Numbered from the stretch's first letter, positions 8,828 to 17,633 are shown. The stretch: DNA of 32,000 nucleotides from Gemmata obscuriglobus (GCF_008065095.1 NZ_CP042911.1:8220001-8252000); one strand, 5' to 3'. Notes: generated by a model not told the origin, from the letters alone. Program-made: numbers and translations.

Positions 8828-9262
8828 ATGAAGAAGCGCCTTCTGTGCCTCGGCCTTGTGGCCGCGGTTTCGCAACTGCTGGTGACCGGGTGCTACCCGA
8901 TCGCCCGGTTCCGGGCCAACCACCCGTGCCTGTCGTGCGGCCCCGGCGTACACCCTCTGCTCCACCCGATCCAGACCCGCCGGGCGATCCTGGGCGAGCC
9001 GGGCGGCGTGGTCGTGGGCGGTCCGGTGGTCGGCGGTCCCGTCGTCGGCCCCATCGCGCCGCCGTGCCACGGCTGTGCGGGAGGTGCACCGGGCATCCCG
9101 GTCGGGCTCTCGGGAGGCCCGATCGACGTGACCGGCTACCCGCCGATCGTGGTTTCGTCGCAGGGATCGCCCTCGATCGGCTCGCCGCAACCGCTCACCC
9201 CCGGTACGACCGTGACGCCGGGTAACCAACTCCCGGCCCCGATGCCGCTGCCGAAGCAGTAA
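8828..9262 (+). CDS. Gly/Pro-rich putative lipoprotein with two CxxC motifs
   Basis: ATG 8828 is preceded by AAGGAG. The signal peptide is MKKRLLCLGLVAAVSQLLVTGC (lipobox LVTGC). The protein contains CLSC and CHGC motifs and a GGPVVGGPVVGP repeat. Confidence 0.7.
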   Translation: MKKRLLCLGLVAAVSQLLVTGCYPIARFRANHPCLSCGPGVHPLLHPIQTRRAILGEPGGVVVGGPVVGGPVVGPIAPPCHGCAGGAPGIPVGLSGGPIDVTGYPPIVVSSQGSPSIGSPQPLTPGTTVTPGNQLPAPMPLPKQ

Positions 9263-9277
9263 CAGCGGATCACGAAC

Positions 9278-9313
9278 GAGCCGCGCGGGTGAGTCCGGTC
9301 ACCCGCGCGGCTC
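9278..9313. terminator. Strong bidirectional stem-loop between convergent genes
   Basis: GAGCCGCGCGGGTGA (9278-9292) and TCACCCGCGCGGCTC (9299-9313) form a perfect 15-bp stem around the 6-nt loop GTCCGG. The right arm overlaps the tsaB stop codon and its last codons. Confidence 0.6.
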
Positions 9314-9985
9314 ATTCGCTTTTTCCTCAGCGGAACTGCCACGCAGGTACAGCGGCTCTAGTGCAAACATTTCTTCACGGGTGAGCGGTCGCATGAGTCG
9401 GCTCCCCACCGCAAAAATGCTCTCGACGCGCGGCTCGCGGTCGGTCTCGTTAACCCGCGGGTTGGTGGCGGTGAGCTGGGAATCGTACACCGCCAGCCCG
9501 GGACCGCTCAGCCAGTCTTCTGGGACAATTACGGCCGCAAAATCTTTGGCAGAAGTGATTTGCAGATCGGTACTCGGAAGCCAGTCGTCGTGCTGCCGCG
9601 CGAACCGCTGGGCGTACACTTGCCCCTGAAGCGCGTCCGAAATGACCCACACGTGCTGAGCCCCTGCGGGCGCTTGGTGCGCGACGGCCCAAAACGCCCC
9701 GACGGCCCGAAGTTCACATCCAAGGGCGTAAGCCAGCGCTTTGGCGGTCACGAGGCCGACGCGGAGGCCGGTGTAGCTGCCCGGCCCGGTGCTCGCCATC
9801 ACGCCCGTGAGATCCTGCGGCGCGAGCGATTCGGCTTTTAGAAGAGCGCCGGCGGTCGGCATCATCTCGCGGGCGTGGCGGCGTGAGGAATCGAGTTCGG
9901 CGCGGCCCACAATGGCACCGGCGCGGGCCAGTCCGACGCGAGCGACCCGGCCGGAGGTTTCCAGGATCAGCCAGTTCTGAGTCAT
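9299..9985 (-). CDS. tsaB: tRNA t6A37 threonylcarbamoyl-transfer complex protein TsaB (YeaZ family)
   Basis: The translation MTQNWLILETSGRVARVGLA..ASTGPGSYTGLRVGLVTAKALA.. matches the TsaB/YeaZ N-terminal pattern. Confidence 0.8.
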   Translation of the reverse strand: MTQNWLILETSGRVARVGLARAGAIVGRAELDSSRRHAREMMPTAGALLKAESLAPQDLTGVMASTGPGSYTGLRVGLVTAKALAYALGCELRAVGAFWAVAHQAPAGAQHVWVISDALQGQVYAQRFARQHDDWLPSTDLQITSAKDFAAVIVPEDWLSGPGLAVYDSQLTATNPRVNETDREPRVESIFAVGSRLMRPLTREEMFALEPLYLRGSSAEEKANEPRG

Positions 9986-10108
9986 TCGTGCCTGCCGCGT
10001 GTGCCGAGCGGGCGCAACCGACCGCGCCGGCGGGTGCTGTCCGCGGTACGATCACATCCGCAGAATGTAAGAGCATTCTAAGAGCCCGGCACGGAAGGCG
10101 GTGCGGAG

Positions 10109-10747
10109 ATGTCGGATACGGCCACCATGCACATCGACGGGGCGTCGCGGGGGAACCCTGGGGCCGCCGCGTACGCGGTGGTGCTCGCGCGCCCGGGGCT
10201 TCCGGTCGTCGAGGAGGCGGACACGATCGGCACGGCGTCCAACAACGTCGCGGAGTACACGGCGCTCGTGGAGGGGCTGGGGCTCGCGGCCGAACTCGGG
10301 GTGAAACAGCTCCAGGTGTTCAGCGACAGCGAGCTGATGGTGAAGCAGATGGCGGGCGCGTACAAGGTGAAGAACGAGGACCTGCGCACGCTGTACGAGG
10401 AGGCGTGCCGGTTGCGGAAGCAGTTCGAGAGCGTCACCATCACGCACGTGCGGCGCGAGCAAAACAAGCGCGCCGACGCGATCGGCAACGAGGCGCTCGA
10501 CGGGCGCCCGCGGAAGCGGGGGCAAGTCCCGCCTCCGGTCCACACCCCGCGTCCGGAAGATGGGGCCGGAGGGCACCCTTCCCCGGCGTCCGACGCCCCG
10601 GTTCGTACCGACGCGGTCCGGTGCCTCACCGACGCCGCGAACCACTGGGCCGCTAAGGGCCTTAAGGGGCTCCCCCCGGAGGCGGTGTGGGAGCAGTTGT
10701 GGTCGCTGCTGGAAGAGTCCGGGGTGCTCAAAAAGAAGGCGAAGTGA
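10109..10747 (+). CDS. rnhA: RNase HI-family protein with a roughly 70-aa C-terminal extension
   Basis: The translation contains HIDGASRGNPGAAAYA..NNVAEYTALVEGL..VFSDSELMVKQM..REQNKRADAIGNEAL, the RNase H catalytic pattern (D, E, D, D). It is followed by a Pro-rich linker and a short helical tail. ATG 10127 is an alternative start. Confidence 0.8.
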   Translation: MSDTATMHIDGASRGNPGAAAYAVVLARPGLPVVEEADTIGTASNNVAEYTALVEGLGLAAELGVKQLQVFSDSELMVKQMAGAYKVKNEDLRTLYEEACRLRKQFESVTITHVRREQNKRADAIGNEALDGRPRKRGQVPPPVHTPRPEDGAGGHPSPASDAPVRTDAVRCLTDAANHWAAKGLKGLPPEAVWEQLWSLLEESGVLKKKAK

Positions 10748-10748
10748 G

Positions 10749-13214
10749 ATGCCGGACCTGCTCTTGCTCGAAGAGATCGGCGACGCCGAAGCGGCCCTCG
10801 TCGGCGGGAAGGGTTTGAGTCTGGGCAAGACCGCCCGCGCCGGATTGCCCGTGCCGGGCGGGTTCGTGGTCACCACACAGGCGTACCGGCGACTGGTCGA
10901 GCGCGGGGTGCGGTCCGATCCGGGGTTCGTTCGGGCGGTCCTCGGCGCGCACGACGCGCTCGGCGGTGGGGCCGTCGCGGTGCGGTCGAGCGCGACCGCC
11001 GAGGACGCCGCGGACGCCAGCTTCGCGGGCCAGCAGGAGACGGTTCTCGGGGTCCGGGGCGGGGACGCGCTGCTGGACGCGATCGAGCACTGCTGGCGGT
11101 CGCTGTTCACGGCGCGGGCCGTGGCGTACCGGAGCCGGCAGAGCGTCGATGACGCCGCGCTCGCGATGGCGGTGGTGGTTCAGAAGCTCGTGCCGGCCGA
11201 GGCCGCGGGCGTGCTGTTCACCCGCGACCCGCTCGACCCCGACGGCCGGCGCATGCTCGTCGAGTCCGCCTGGGGGTTGGGGGAGGTCGTCGTTTCCGGG
11301 CGCGTGCAGCCCGACCGCTTCACACTCGATCGCGGTACCGGTGCCGTGCTGAGCCGCACGCTCGGCTCGAAGGCCGTTCGTGTGGTCGGGGGGGCCGAGG
11401 AGCACGTCCCAGCGGAGCTTCAGCGGCAGTTCAGCCTCACGGACCCGGCGCTCGCCGACCTCGCGGACCTGGGCCGCCGGGTCGAGGCGTTCTACGGCGA
11501 CGCCCGCGACATCGAGTGGGCCTACGCCGGCGGCCGGTTCGCGCTGCTCCAGGCGCGGCCGATCACGGCCGCGGGCGCCGCGGAGCGCGAGCGGGTGCGG
11601 AGGGTGGTGGTCGCCGAGTTGCGGGCGAAGGCGTACCCGAAGGGGACCGTGTGGGTGCGGTACAACCTGAGCGAGGTGCTGCCCGCGCCGACGCCGATGA
11701 CGTGGGCCGTGGTGCAGCGGCTGCTGAGCGCCGACGGCGGGTTTGGGGCCATGAACCGCGACCTCGGCGCGGAGCCCGACCCGGCCCTCGGGGCGCTGTC
11801 GGGGTTCGACCTCGTCGCGGGGCGGCCGATGGCCAACTTGTCGCGGCTGCCGCGGATGCAATTCTCCCGGCCCCCCTTCGAGTATCCGTTAGGCGAATAT
11901 AAACGGGACCCGCGGAAGGCCCTGAACCCCAAGCCGGTGCTGAAACCGCTGGCCGGGGCGGGGTGCGTGCTCGGCGTGCTCGCGCTTCCCGGAACGATGT
12001 TGAGCCTCATGCGGCTGATGAACACGACGAAGCGGCGGTCCGCCGACTTCGCGCAGCGGTTCGAGCAGGAGACGGCGCCCGCGTTCGCCCGGTCTGTGGC
12101 GCAGGCGCTCACTCAACGGTGGTCCGGGTGCGAGCCGGACGCGCTTCTGCTGGAATTTCATGCGTGGATCAACCGGACGCTGGTGGACTTCGCCCGCGAG
12201 AGCCTCAAGGCGACCGTGTTCGCCGACCTGGCCTGGTCCGAGGCGTTCGAGTTCCTGAAGCCCAAGCTGGGAGAGGAACGCGCCCGGGCCGCGGTCGGGG
12301 AGCTGAGTTTGGGGGCCGCGCCACCGAAAGGGGCCAACCTTGCGGAGGCCGTTCGCGACCTCGCGAGCGGTCACCTGTCGCGGGCCGATTTCCTCGACCA
12401 GTTCGGGCACCGCGGCACCAACGAGATGGAACTCGCCCAGCCGAGGTGGTCCGAGGCGCCGCAGGAACTGGACAAGCTGATTCGCGGGGTCGGTTCGCGC
12501 TCGCGCCCCGCGGATGAGGTGGCCGTCGGTGCGATCGCCGCAGAAGCGAAGCTCGTCGGCCCCCTCCGCGATCAACTCGCGACGAAGGTTGATCGACTCC
12601 GCACGTTCCTGGGGCTGCGCGAGGCGGGTAAGCACTACCTGCTAATGGGGTACGCGGTGATCCGCCGCGCCCTGGTCGAACTGGACCAGCGGTTCGGGTT
12701 GCGCGGCGGCATCTTCTTCCTCACCCCGGCCGATCTGCCGGACCTGATCAAAGGTCAAGACCTGTCCGCCAAGATCGCGGCGGCCCGGAAGCGGCGGCAG
12801 GCGGAACTGTCGCTGGAGGTGCCCCCGGTGCTGTTCAGCGACGACCTGGACGCGATCGGCCGCCCGCTTCCGGTTCCTGAAGGAGGGAGCAAGTTTGAAG
12901 GGGTGGCGCTCTCCGCGGGCGTTGCCGAAGGCCCGGCGCTGGTGCTCACGGAGCCCACCGCGGCGCCGCCCGAGGGCGGGTACGTACTGGTGTGCCCGTC
13001 AACGGACCCCGCGTGGGTCCCGCTGTTCGTTCACGCGAGCGCGCTGGTGATGGAAACGGGCGGGGTGTTGTCGCACGGTGCGATTGTGGCGCGCGAGTTC
13101 GGTCTACCCGCGGTCGCGGGCTTGCCCGGCGCCACACAGCAAATCAAGACGGGACAGATGGTTCGCGTCGATGGCGCCCGCGGTACGGTAACGGTGCTGG
13201 GCGAGACGGCGTGA
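10749..13214 (+). CDS. PEP/pyruvate-binding (PPDK_N, ATP-grasp) plus C-terminal PEP-utilising swivel-His domain protein, with rifampin-phosphotransferase-like architecture
   Basis: ATG 10749 lies 1 nt after the rnhA-like TGA. The N-terminus reads ..LVGGKGLSLGKTARAGLPVPGGFVVTT..VAVRSSATAEDA..SFAGQQET... The C-terminus reads ..TDPAWVPLF..ALVMETGGVLSHGAIVAREFGLPAV... No TIM-barrel PEP-utilizers_C domain follows. Confidence 0.8.
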   Translation: MPDLLLLEEIGDAEAALVGGKGLSLGKTARAGLPVPGGFVVTTQAYRRLVERGVRSDPGFVRAVLGAHDALGGGAVAVRSSATAEDAADASFAGQQETVLGVRGGDALLDAIEHCWRSLFTARAVAYRSRQSVDDAALAMAVVVQKLVPAEAAGVLFTRDPLDPDGRRMLVESAWGLGEVVVSGRVQPDRFTLDRGTGAVLSRTLGSKAVRVVGGAEEHVPAELQRQFSLTDPALADLADLGRRVEAFYGDARDIEWAYAGGRFALLQARPITAAGAAERERVRRVVVAELRAKAYPKGTVWVRYNLSEVLPAPTPMTWAVVQRLLSADGGFGAMNRDLGAEPDPALGALSGFDLVAGRPMANLSRLPRMQFSRPPFEYPLGEYKRDPRKALNPKPVLKPLAGAGCVLGVLALPGTMLSLMRLMNTTKRRSADFAQRFEQETAPAFARSVAQALTQRWSGCEPDALLLEFHAWINRTLVDFARESLKATVFADLAWSEAFEFLKPKLGEERARAAVGELSLGAAPPKGANLAEAVRDLASGHLSRADFLDQFGHRGTNEMELAQPRWSEAPQELDKLIRGVGSRSRPADEVAVGAIAAEAKLVGPLRDQLATKVDRLRTFLGLREAGKHYLLMGYAVIRRALVELDQRFGLRGGIFFLTPADLPDLIKGQDLSAKIAAARKRRQAELSLEVPPVLFSDDLDAIGRPLPVPEGGSKFEGVALSAGVAEGPALVLTEPTAAPPEGGYVLVCPSTDPAWVPLFVHASALVMETGGVLSHGAIVAREFGLPAVAGLPGATQQIKTGQMVRVDGARGTVTVLGETA

Positions 13215-13265
13215 GCCGAATTCCAAGGTTGGCGCGTAACCCGGAACCCGCATGTTCGCGACAAT

Positions 13266-13823
13266 TCAGTCGCCGATTTCAAACTTGTACCAGGGACCGT
13301 CCAGGTGCGTGTATTGCGCGCGAAGCAATTCCTCGACTTCGATCGGTAGCGGTTCCGCTGGCAACCCGTCCGGCGCGTAGATCACACCGACGCGGTCGAA
13401 GAGTTTTCCGTCGGTGCTGAAGGCGACCGTTCTTCCGTGGCGCCAAACGTCGGAAATGTCGAACAGCCCCAGGTGCCTCGCTCTCATGTCGTGTGACGGG
13501 TTCGGCGCGTCGGCTTGGGCGTATTGCCGGAGGTCCGGTTCGCTTAGCCTGAAGCGAATCAGGAACGGCACGTCGGAAGCTGAAACCGCTACCGCTGCGA
13601 CCCACACAATCGGAACCGAAAGCCAGATTCCCAGTGTGCGGAACCGCTCTGCCTTCAGCACAATTGCCACGTTGAACAGCCAGAATAACGACGCGCAGCC
13701 AACGGTGAAAATCAGGAAAAACATTTCAACAATATCGATTGCGCCGCCGGACGATACCCACAACGGCAACAGGCCCCAGAGCCATAGCGGGGCCATAAGA
13801 ACGAACGCAATGCGACTGTCCAT
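13266..13823 (-). CDS. Hypothetical membrane protein (about 3 TM helices plus a soluble C-terminal domain)
   Basis: The 185-aa ORF lies in a visibly lower-G+C stretch. It has hydrophobic N-terminal segments (APLWLWGLLPLWV, MFFLIFTVGCASLFWLFNVAIV, GIWLSVPIVWVAAVAV). A degraded paralog lies next to it. Confidence 0.6.
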   Translation of the reverse strand: MDSRIAFVLMAPLWLWGLLPLWVSSGGAIDIVEMFFLIFTVGCASLFWLFNVAIVLKAERFRTLGIWLSVPIVWVAAVAVSASDVPFLIRFRLSEPDLRQYAQADAPNPSHDMRARHLGLFDISDVWRHGRTVAFSTDGKLFDRVGVIYAPDGLPAEPLPIEVEELLRAQYTHLDGPWYKFEIGD

Positions 13824-13895
13824 GTCGTACCATTCGTCGTATTTCGTGCGTTGCGTTGGTACTCGCGGGGGCTGCTTTGATGCACACGCTGGCAG

Positions 13896-14252
13896 TTAGT
13901 CCCAGGACTCGCGAAAGCGCCACCACGGGCCGTAAAGGTGTGTGTGCCGACACGAACCGAGCGGATTCTGACGGTACACCGGTTGGCGCATGAGGTGTCA
14001 GAGGTGAATAGCTGGCGCTAACTTTAGACCAACATGGCTCTTGCTGCCCACAGTCCACCTCTGACGCCACATGAGCCCGTGGAAGGCGGACTGTACCGGA
14101 GATGCCAGCCCGTAAGTGAGCCACGCACACCCGACGATGCCGCCGAGATACAGCAACACCGCCGCTCCGCAGAAATCAAAGCCGGTGTCGCTCAACACCG
14201 TGAGCGCCCAGAGCCCCCACAACCACGCGGCCCCGACAATGGCGTATCGCAT
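13896..14252 (-). pseudogene. Shortened paralog of the 13266-13823 gene with an in-frame TGA
   Basis: The N-terminus MRYAIVGAAWLWGLWALTV.. parallels MDSRIAFVLMAPLWLWGLLPLWV... After the TGA (complement 13998-14000) the same frame continues HLMRQPVYRQNPLGSCRHTHLYGPWWRFRESWD*. That tail parallels the neighbour's C-terminus ..YTHLDGPWYKFEIGD*. Confidence 0.55.
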
Positions 14253-14517
14253 GCGGTTCGCTGCTCGCTGGTGATCCGAGATACCGCGTCACAAGATAAC
14301 GCGATCCGCGCGCCTGTGCGAGTGCGTTGGTGATGACGGGATGCGGCCCGCACCTCGTGTGGCCGGCCGGGACGTTGTGTGCGTTTGGCGCACCGGTTGA
14401 GTGGGCGAAATCGTGATCGGGGTGGAACGAAGTCTGGACCGAGACGTTAAACAAGACTCGGCCGCACTGCGGTTCCGCGTTTCCATCTCCGAGTCTGCCG
14501 TCCCCTTCGGGTGCATC

Positions 14518-16083
14518 ATGAAGTTTCTCGCGATCCCGCTTTGCCTGCTTGTCGCGCTCGTCGGCGCTGCCGACGACAAGGCGCCGCCGGCGCCGAAGCT
14601 GCCGCTGGGCAAAGACACGACGTTCGTGGTCGGACCGCTCGACAAGCAGGGGTACATCGACTACGAGGTCGCCCTCCACGCGGAACTGAGCAAGAACATC
14701 ACCCCGGAGAACAACGCGAACGCGCTGCTGATTCAGGCGTTCGGCCCCGCCCCCGAAGGCAGCGAACTGCCGCTCGAGTACTTCCGCTGGCTCGACATCC
14801 CGGTGCTCCCGAAGGACGGCGAGTACCTCGTCGGCGCGCAAACCTACGCCGTCAAGCAACTGGGCCTGAGCGGCGACCGCCTCGTCGCGTTCTCCGACGC
14901 CCAAAGCGACGCGACCCGGCGCCCGTGGGCGGCGAAGGACGTGCCCCCGCTCGCGGAGTGGTTGAAGCTGAACGAGAAGCCGCTCGCGCTGGCGCTGGAA
15001 GCGACCAAGCGGCCCGAGTACTTCAACCCGATGGTGTCGCGGCGGAAACCCGGCGAGGGGAGCAACCTCATCGCCGGGCTCTTGCCGACCGTTCAAAAGA
15101 ACCGCGAACTCGCCAACGCCCTGACCACCCGGGCGATGCTGCGGCTGAACGAAGGCAAGCTCGACGACGCCTGGGCCGACCTGCTCGCGTGCCACCGCCT
15201 GGGCCGGCTCCTCAGCCGTGGCGCGACGTTCATTGAGATGCTGGTGGGCGTCGCCATCGGCCAGATCGCGAACCACTCCTCGCTCGCGTTCCTCGACCAC
15301 CCGGGCCTCACGGCCAAGAAGGCCGCGCAGTGCCTCAAGGACCTTCAACTGGTGCCCCGGCCCGGCGCGCTGGCGGAGACGGTCCGCCTTTCGGAGCGGA
15401 TGATGGGATTGGACGCGCTCCAGAACATCCGCCGCGCGGGTAGCGGGGCCGACCCGTTCGCGGGGGCGCTGGACGCGGAACTCGCCTTCCCGAACAAGAA
15501 GAAGGTGTTCGAGGTGATCGACTGGACCGTGGTGATGCGGACGATGAACGCCCGGTACGACCGGCTCGCCGAGGTGCTGAGCATCAAGGACCGGGACGTT
15601 CGTGCGAAGGCGTACGAGAAATTCGAGGCGGAACTCGCGGCGGTCAAAAAGGAGTTCGTGGACGAAGCGAAGATCAAGAAGATTCTGGACGGTAAGGACC
15701 CGGGGCCGGCGCTCGGCAAGTTGTTCGCCGACACCCTCATGAGCCTGCTGACCCCAGCCGTTCAGAAGGTGCAACAGGCCTGCGATCGCGGCGAGCAGAC
15801 GGCGGCGAACCTGCGGCTGGCGTTCGCGCTCGCCGCGTACCAGAAGGACACGGGCCGGTACCCGGCGAAGCTCACCGATCTAGCGCCCAAGTACATCGCC
15901 GCCGTTCCCGACGACCTGTTCACCGGCAAGCCGCTCGTCTACAAGCCGACCGAGAAGGGGTATCTGTTTTATAGCTTCGGTGTGAACGGTAAGGACGACG
16001 ACGGCACGACTTACGGGGAAGAGCCCCTCGGCAGCGACGACCTCCCGATCCGGATGCCGCTCCCGCCGCTCAAGAAGAACTGA
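14518..16083 (+). CDS. Secreted hypothetical protein, tandem paralog 1 (pseudopilin-like C-terminal motif)
   Basis: ATG 14518 gives the signal peptide MKFLAIPLCLLVALVGAADD. The protein is colinear with the next ORF along its whole length. The C-terminus reads ..RYPAKLTDLAPKYIAAVPDDLFTGKPLVYKPTEKGYLFYSFGVNGKDDDG... Confidence 0.8.
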   Translation: MKFLAIPLCLLVALVGAADDKAPPAPKLPLGKDTTFVVGPLDKQGYIDYEVALHAELSKNITPENNANALLIQAFGPAPEGSELPLEYFRWLDIPVLPKDGEYLVGAQTYAVKQLGLSGDRLVAFSDAQSDATRRPWAAKDVPPLAEWLKLNEKPLALALEATKRPEYFNPMVSRRKPGEGSNLIAGLLPTVQKNRELANALTTRAMLRLNEGKLDDAWADLLACHRLGRLLSRGATFIEMLVGVAIGQIANHSSLAFLDHPGLTAKKAAQCLKDLQLVPRPGALAETVRLSERMMGLDALQNIRRAGSGADPFAGALDAELAFPNKKKVFEVIDWTVVMRTMNARYDRLAEVLSIKDRDVRAKAYEKFEAELAAVKKEFVDEAKIKKILDGKDPGPALGKLFADTLMSLLTPAVQKVQQACDRGEQTAANLRLAFALAAYQKDTGRYPAKLTDLAPKYIAAVPDDLFTGKPLVYKPTEKGYLFYSFGVNGKDDDGTTYGEEPLGSDDLPIRMPLPPLKKN

Positions 16084-16110
16084 CACCCATCCTCGTTCCG
16101 CGAGGGACCG

Positions 16111-17622
16111 ATGAACGCCGCTCTGCTGTCGTCGCTCGTGCTGGTGTGCGCCGCGGATGAACCGCCGGTCCCGAAGGTGCCGGTGGCGAAGGACACCACC
16201 TTCGTCACCGGGCCGCTCGACAAGAACGGGTACATCGATTACGAGGCCGCGCTCAACGACCGACTGGGCGCGGGCATCACGCCTGACAAGAACGCGAACG
16301 TGCTGATTTGGAAGGCGCTGGGGCCGAAGCCGGACGACGGTTCGATGCCGCCCGAGTACTTCCGGCGCCTCGGGATCGTCGAACCGCCGAAAGCCGGCGA
16401 CTACTTCGTAAGCGGACGCGGCTACGCCCGGCGCACGAAACTGAGTGACGAAGACGCGCGGGCGTTTTACGACCAGCAAGCCCGGGCGGCCTCGCGTGCG
16501 TGGTCCGCCAAGGAGCTTCCGCGGGTCGCCGAGTGGCTGGAACTCAACGAGAAGCCCCTCGCGGTCGTGATCGAAGCGACCCGGCGCCCGGCGTACTTCA
16601 ACCCGCTGGTGTCGAACCGCAAAGACGACATCAGCTCGATCATGGGGTGCCTGATCCCTTCGACGCAGAGCGGCCGGGCACTCGCGCAGGCACTCGTGGC
16701 GCGGGCGCTGCTCCGCACCCACGAGGGGAAGCTCGATGCCGCCTGGGCGGACCTGATCGCGTGCCACCGCCTGGGGCTCCACCTGATGCACGGGGCCACG
16801 TTCATCGAATCGCTCGTGGGCATCTCGGTGCGCGCCATCGCTGCGAACGCCACGCTGGCTTACCTCGAACACACCGACCTGAGCTCCCAGCAACTGCTCG
16901 CGAAGCTGAAGGAACTGCGAGACCTTCCCGCGGCACCACCTGCGGCCGATGTGGTGGACCTCGGGGAGCGTCTCAATGCGCTGGACGTGCTGCAAATGGT
17001 CCGCAGCGGCAAGGACGGACCCGACCACCCAACCCCGGAGGAGGCCCAGGCGCTCGACATGATCGAGTGGGAGCCGGCGTTCCGGAAAATGAACGCGGCG
17101 TTCGACCAGATGGTTGCCGCCATGCGGCTGACCGACCGCGCGGCGCGCGAGAAGCAGCTCAACGCTGTTGGAACAGATTTGGACGAGGTTGCCCGCAAGA
17201 ACCGCGACCTGAACATACTTCAGAAGTGGGCTCGCGCCAATAACCCGGGAAAGTTCGTTGGCAAAGAGATTGGGGATGTGCTTTCGGCGCTGGTGATGCC
17301 CGGACTGCAAAAATGCCAGTGGTCGTTCGACCGCGCCACGCAGACCGATCGGAACCTGCAACTGGCGTTCGCGCTCGCGGCGTACCGTAAGGACACGGGC
17401 CGGTACCCGGCGAAGCTCGCCGACCTGGCGCCCAAGTACATGGCCGCCGTTCCCGATGACCTGTTCACCGGCAAGCCGCTCACCTACCAGCCGGCCGAGA
17501 AGGGGTACTTCTTCTACAGCATGGGGGAGAACGGCAAGGATGACGGCGGGCGCGGGCGCGACGACGAGCCGCGCGGCGACGATCTCGGCGTGCGGGTGCC
17601 GCTTCCCGCTCTGAAGCCGTGA
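16111..17622 (+). CDS. Secreted hypothetical protein, tandem paralog 2
   Basis: ATG 16111 is preceded by GAGGGA. The signal-like N-terminus is MNAALLSSLVLVCAADE. It shares blocks with paralog 1: DTTFV.GPLDK.GYIDYE, AEWL.LNEKPLA, EGKLD.AWADL.ACHRLG, and the C-terminal motif. Confidence 0.8.
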   Translation: MNAALLSSLVLVCAADEPPVPKVPVAKDTTFVTGPLDKNGYIDYEAALNDRLGAGITPDKNANVLIWKALGPKPDDGSMPPEYFRRLGIVEPPKAGDYFVSGRGYARRTKLSDEDARAFYDQQARAASRAWSAKELPRVAEWLELNEKPLAVVIEATRRPAYFNPLVSNRKDDISSIMGCLIPSTQSGRALAQALVARALLRTHEGKLDAAWADLIACHRLGLHLMHGATFIESLVGISVRAIAANATLAYLEHTDLSSQQLLAKLKELRDLPAAPPAADVVDLGERLNALDVLQMVRSGKDGPDHPTPEEAQALDMIEWEPAFRKMNAAFDQMVAAMRLTDRAAREKQLNAVGTDLDEVARKNRDLNILQKWARANNPGKFVGKEIGDVLSALVMPGLQKCQWSFDRATQTDRNLQLAFALAAYRKDTGRYPAKLADLAPKYMAAVPDDLFTGKPLTYQPAEKGYFFYSMGENGKDDGGRGRDDEPRGDDLGVRVPLPALKP

Positions 17623-17633
17623 CCGACTGGCAC

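Noticed and set aside
10061-10078. AGAATG-TAAGAG-CATTCT inverted repeat in the tsaB/rnhA divergent region, considered as an operator.
   Set aside because: The arms are only 6 bp and lie in an AT-richer spacer, so chance occurrence is plausible. I have no second copy or conservation evidence.
13998-14000. The in-frame TGA in the membrane-protein paralog, considered as selenocysteine or programmed readthrough.
   Set aside because: I saw no SECIS-like hairpin immediately downstream. The paralog is also internally shortened, and nothing in the context suggests a redox selenoprotein. Decay is the simpler reading.
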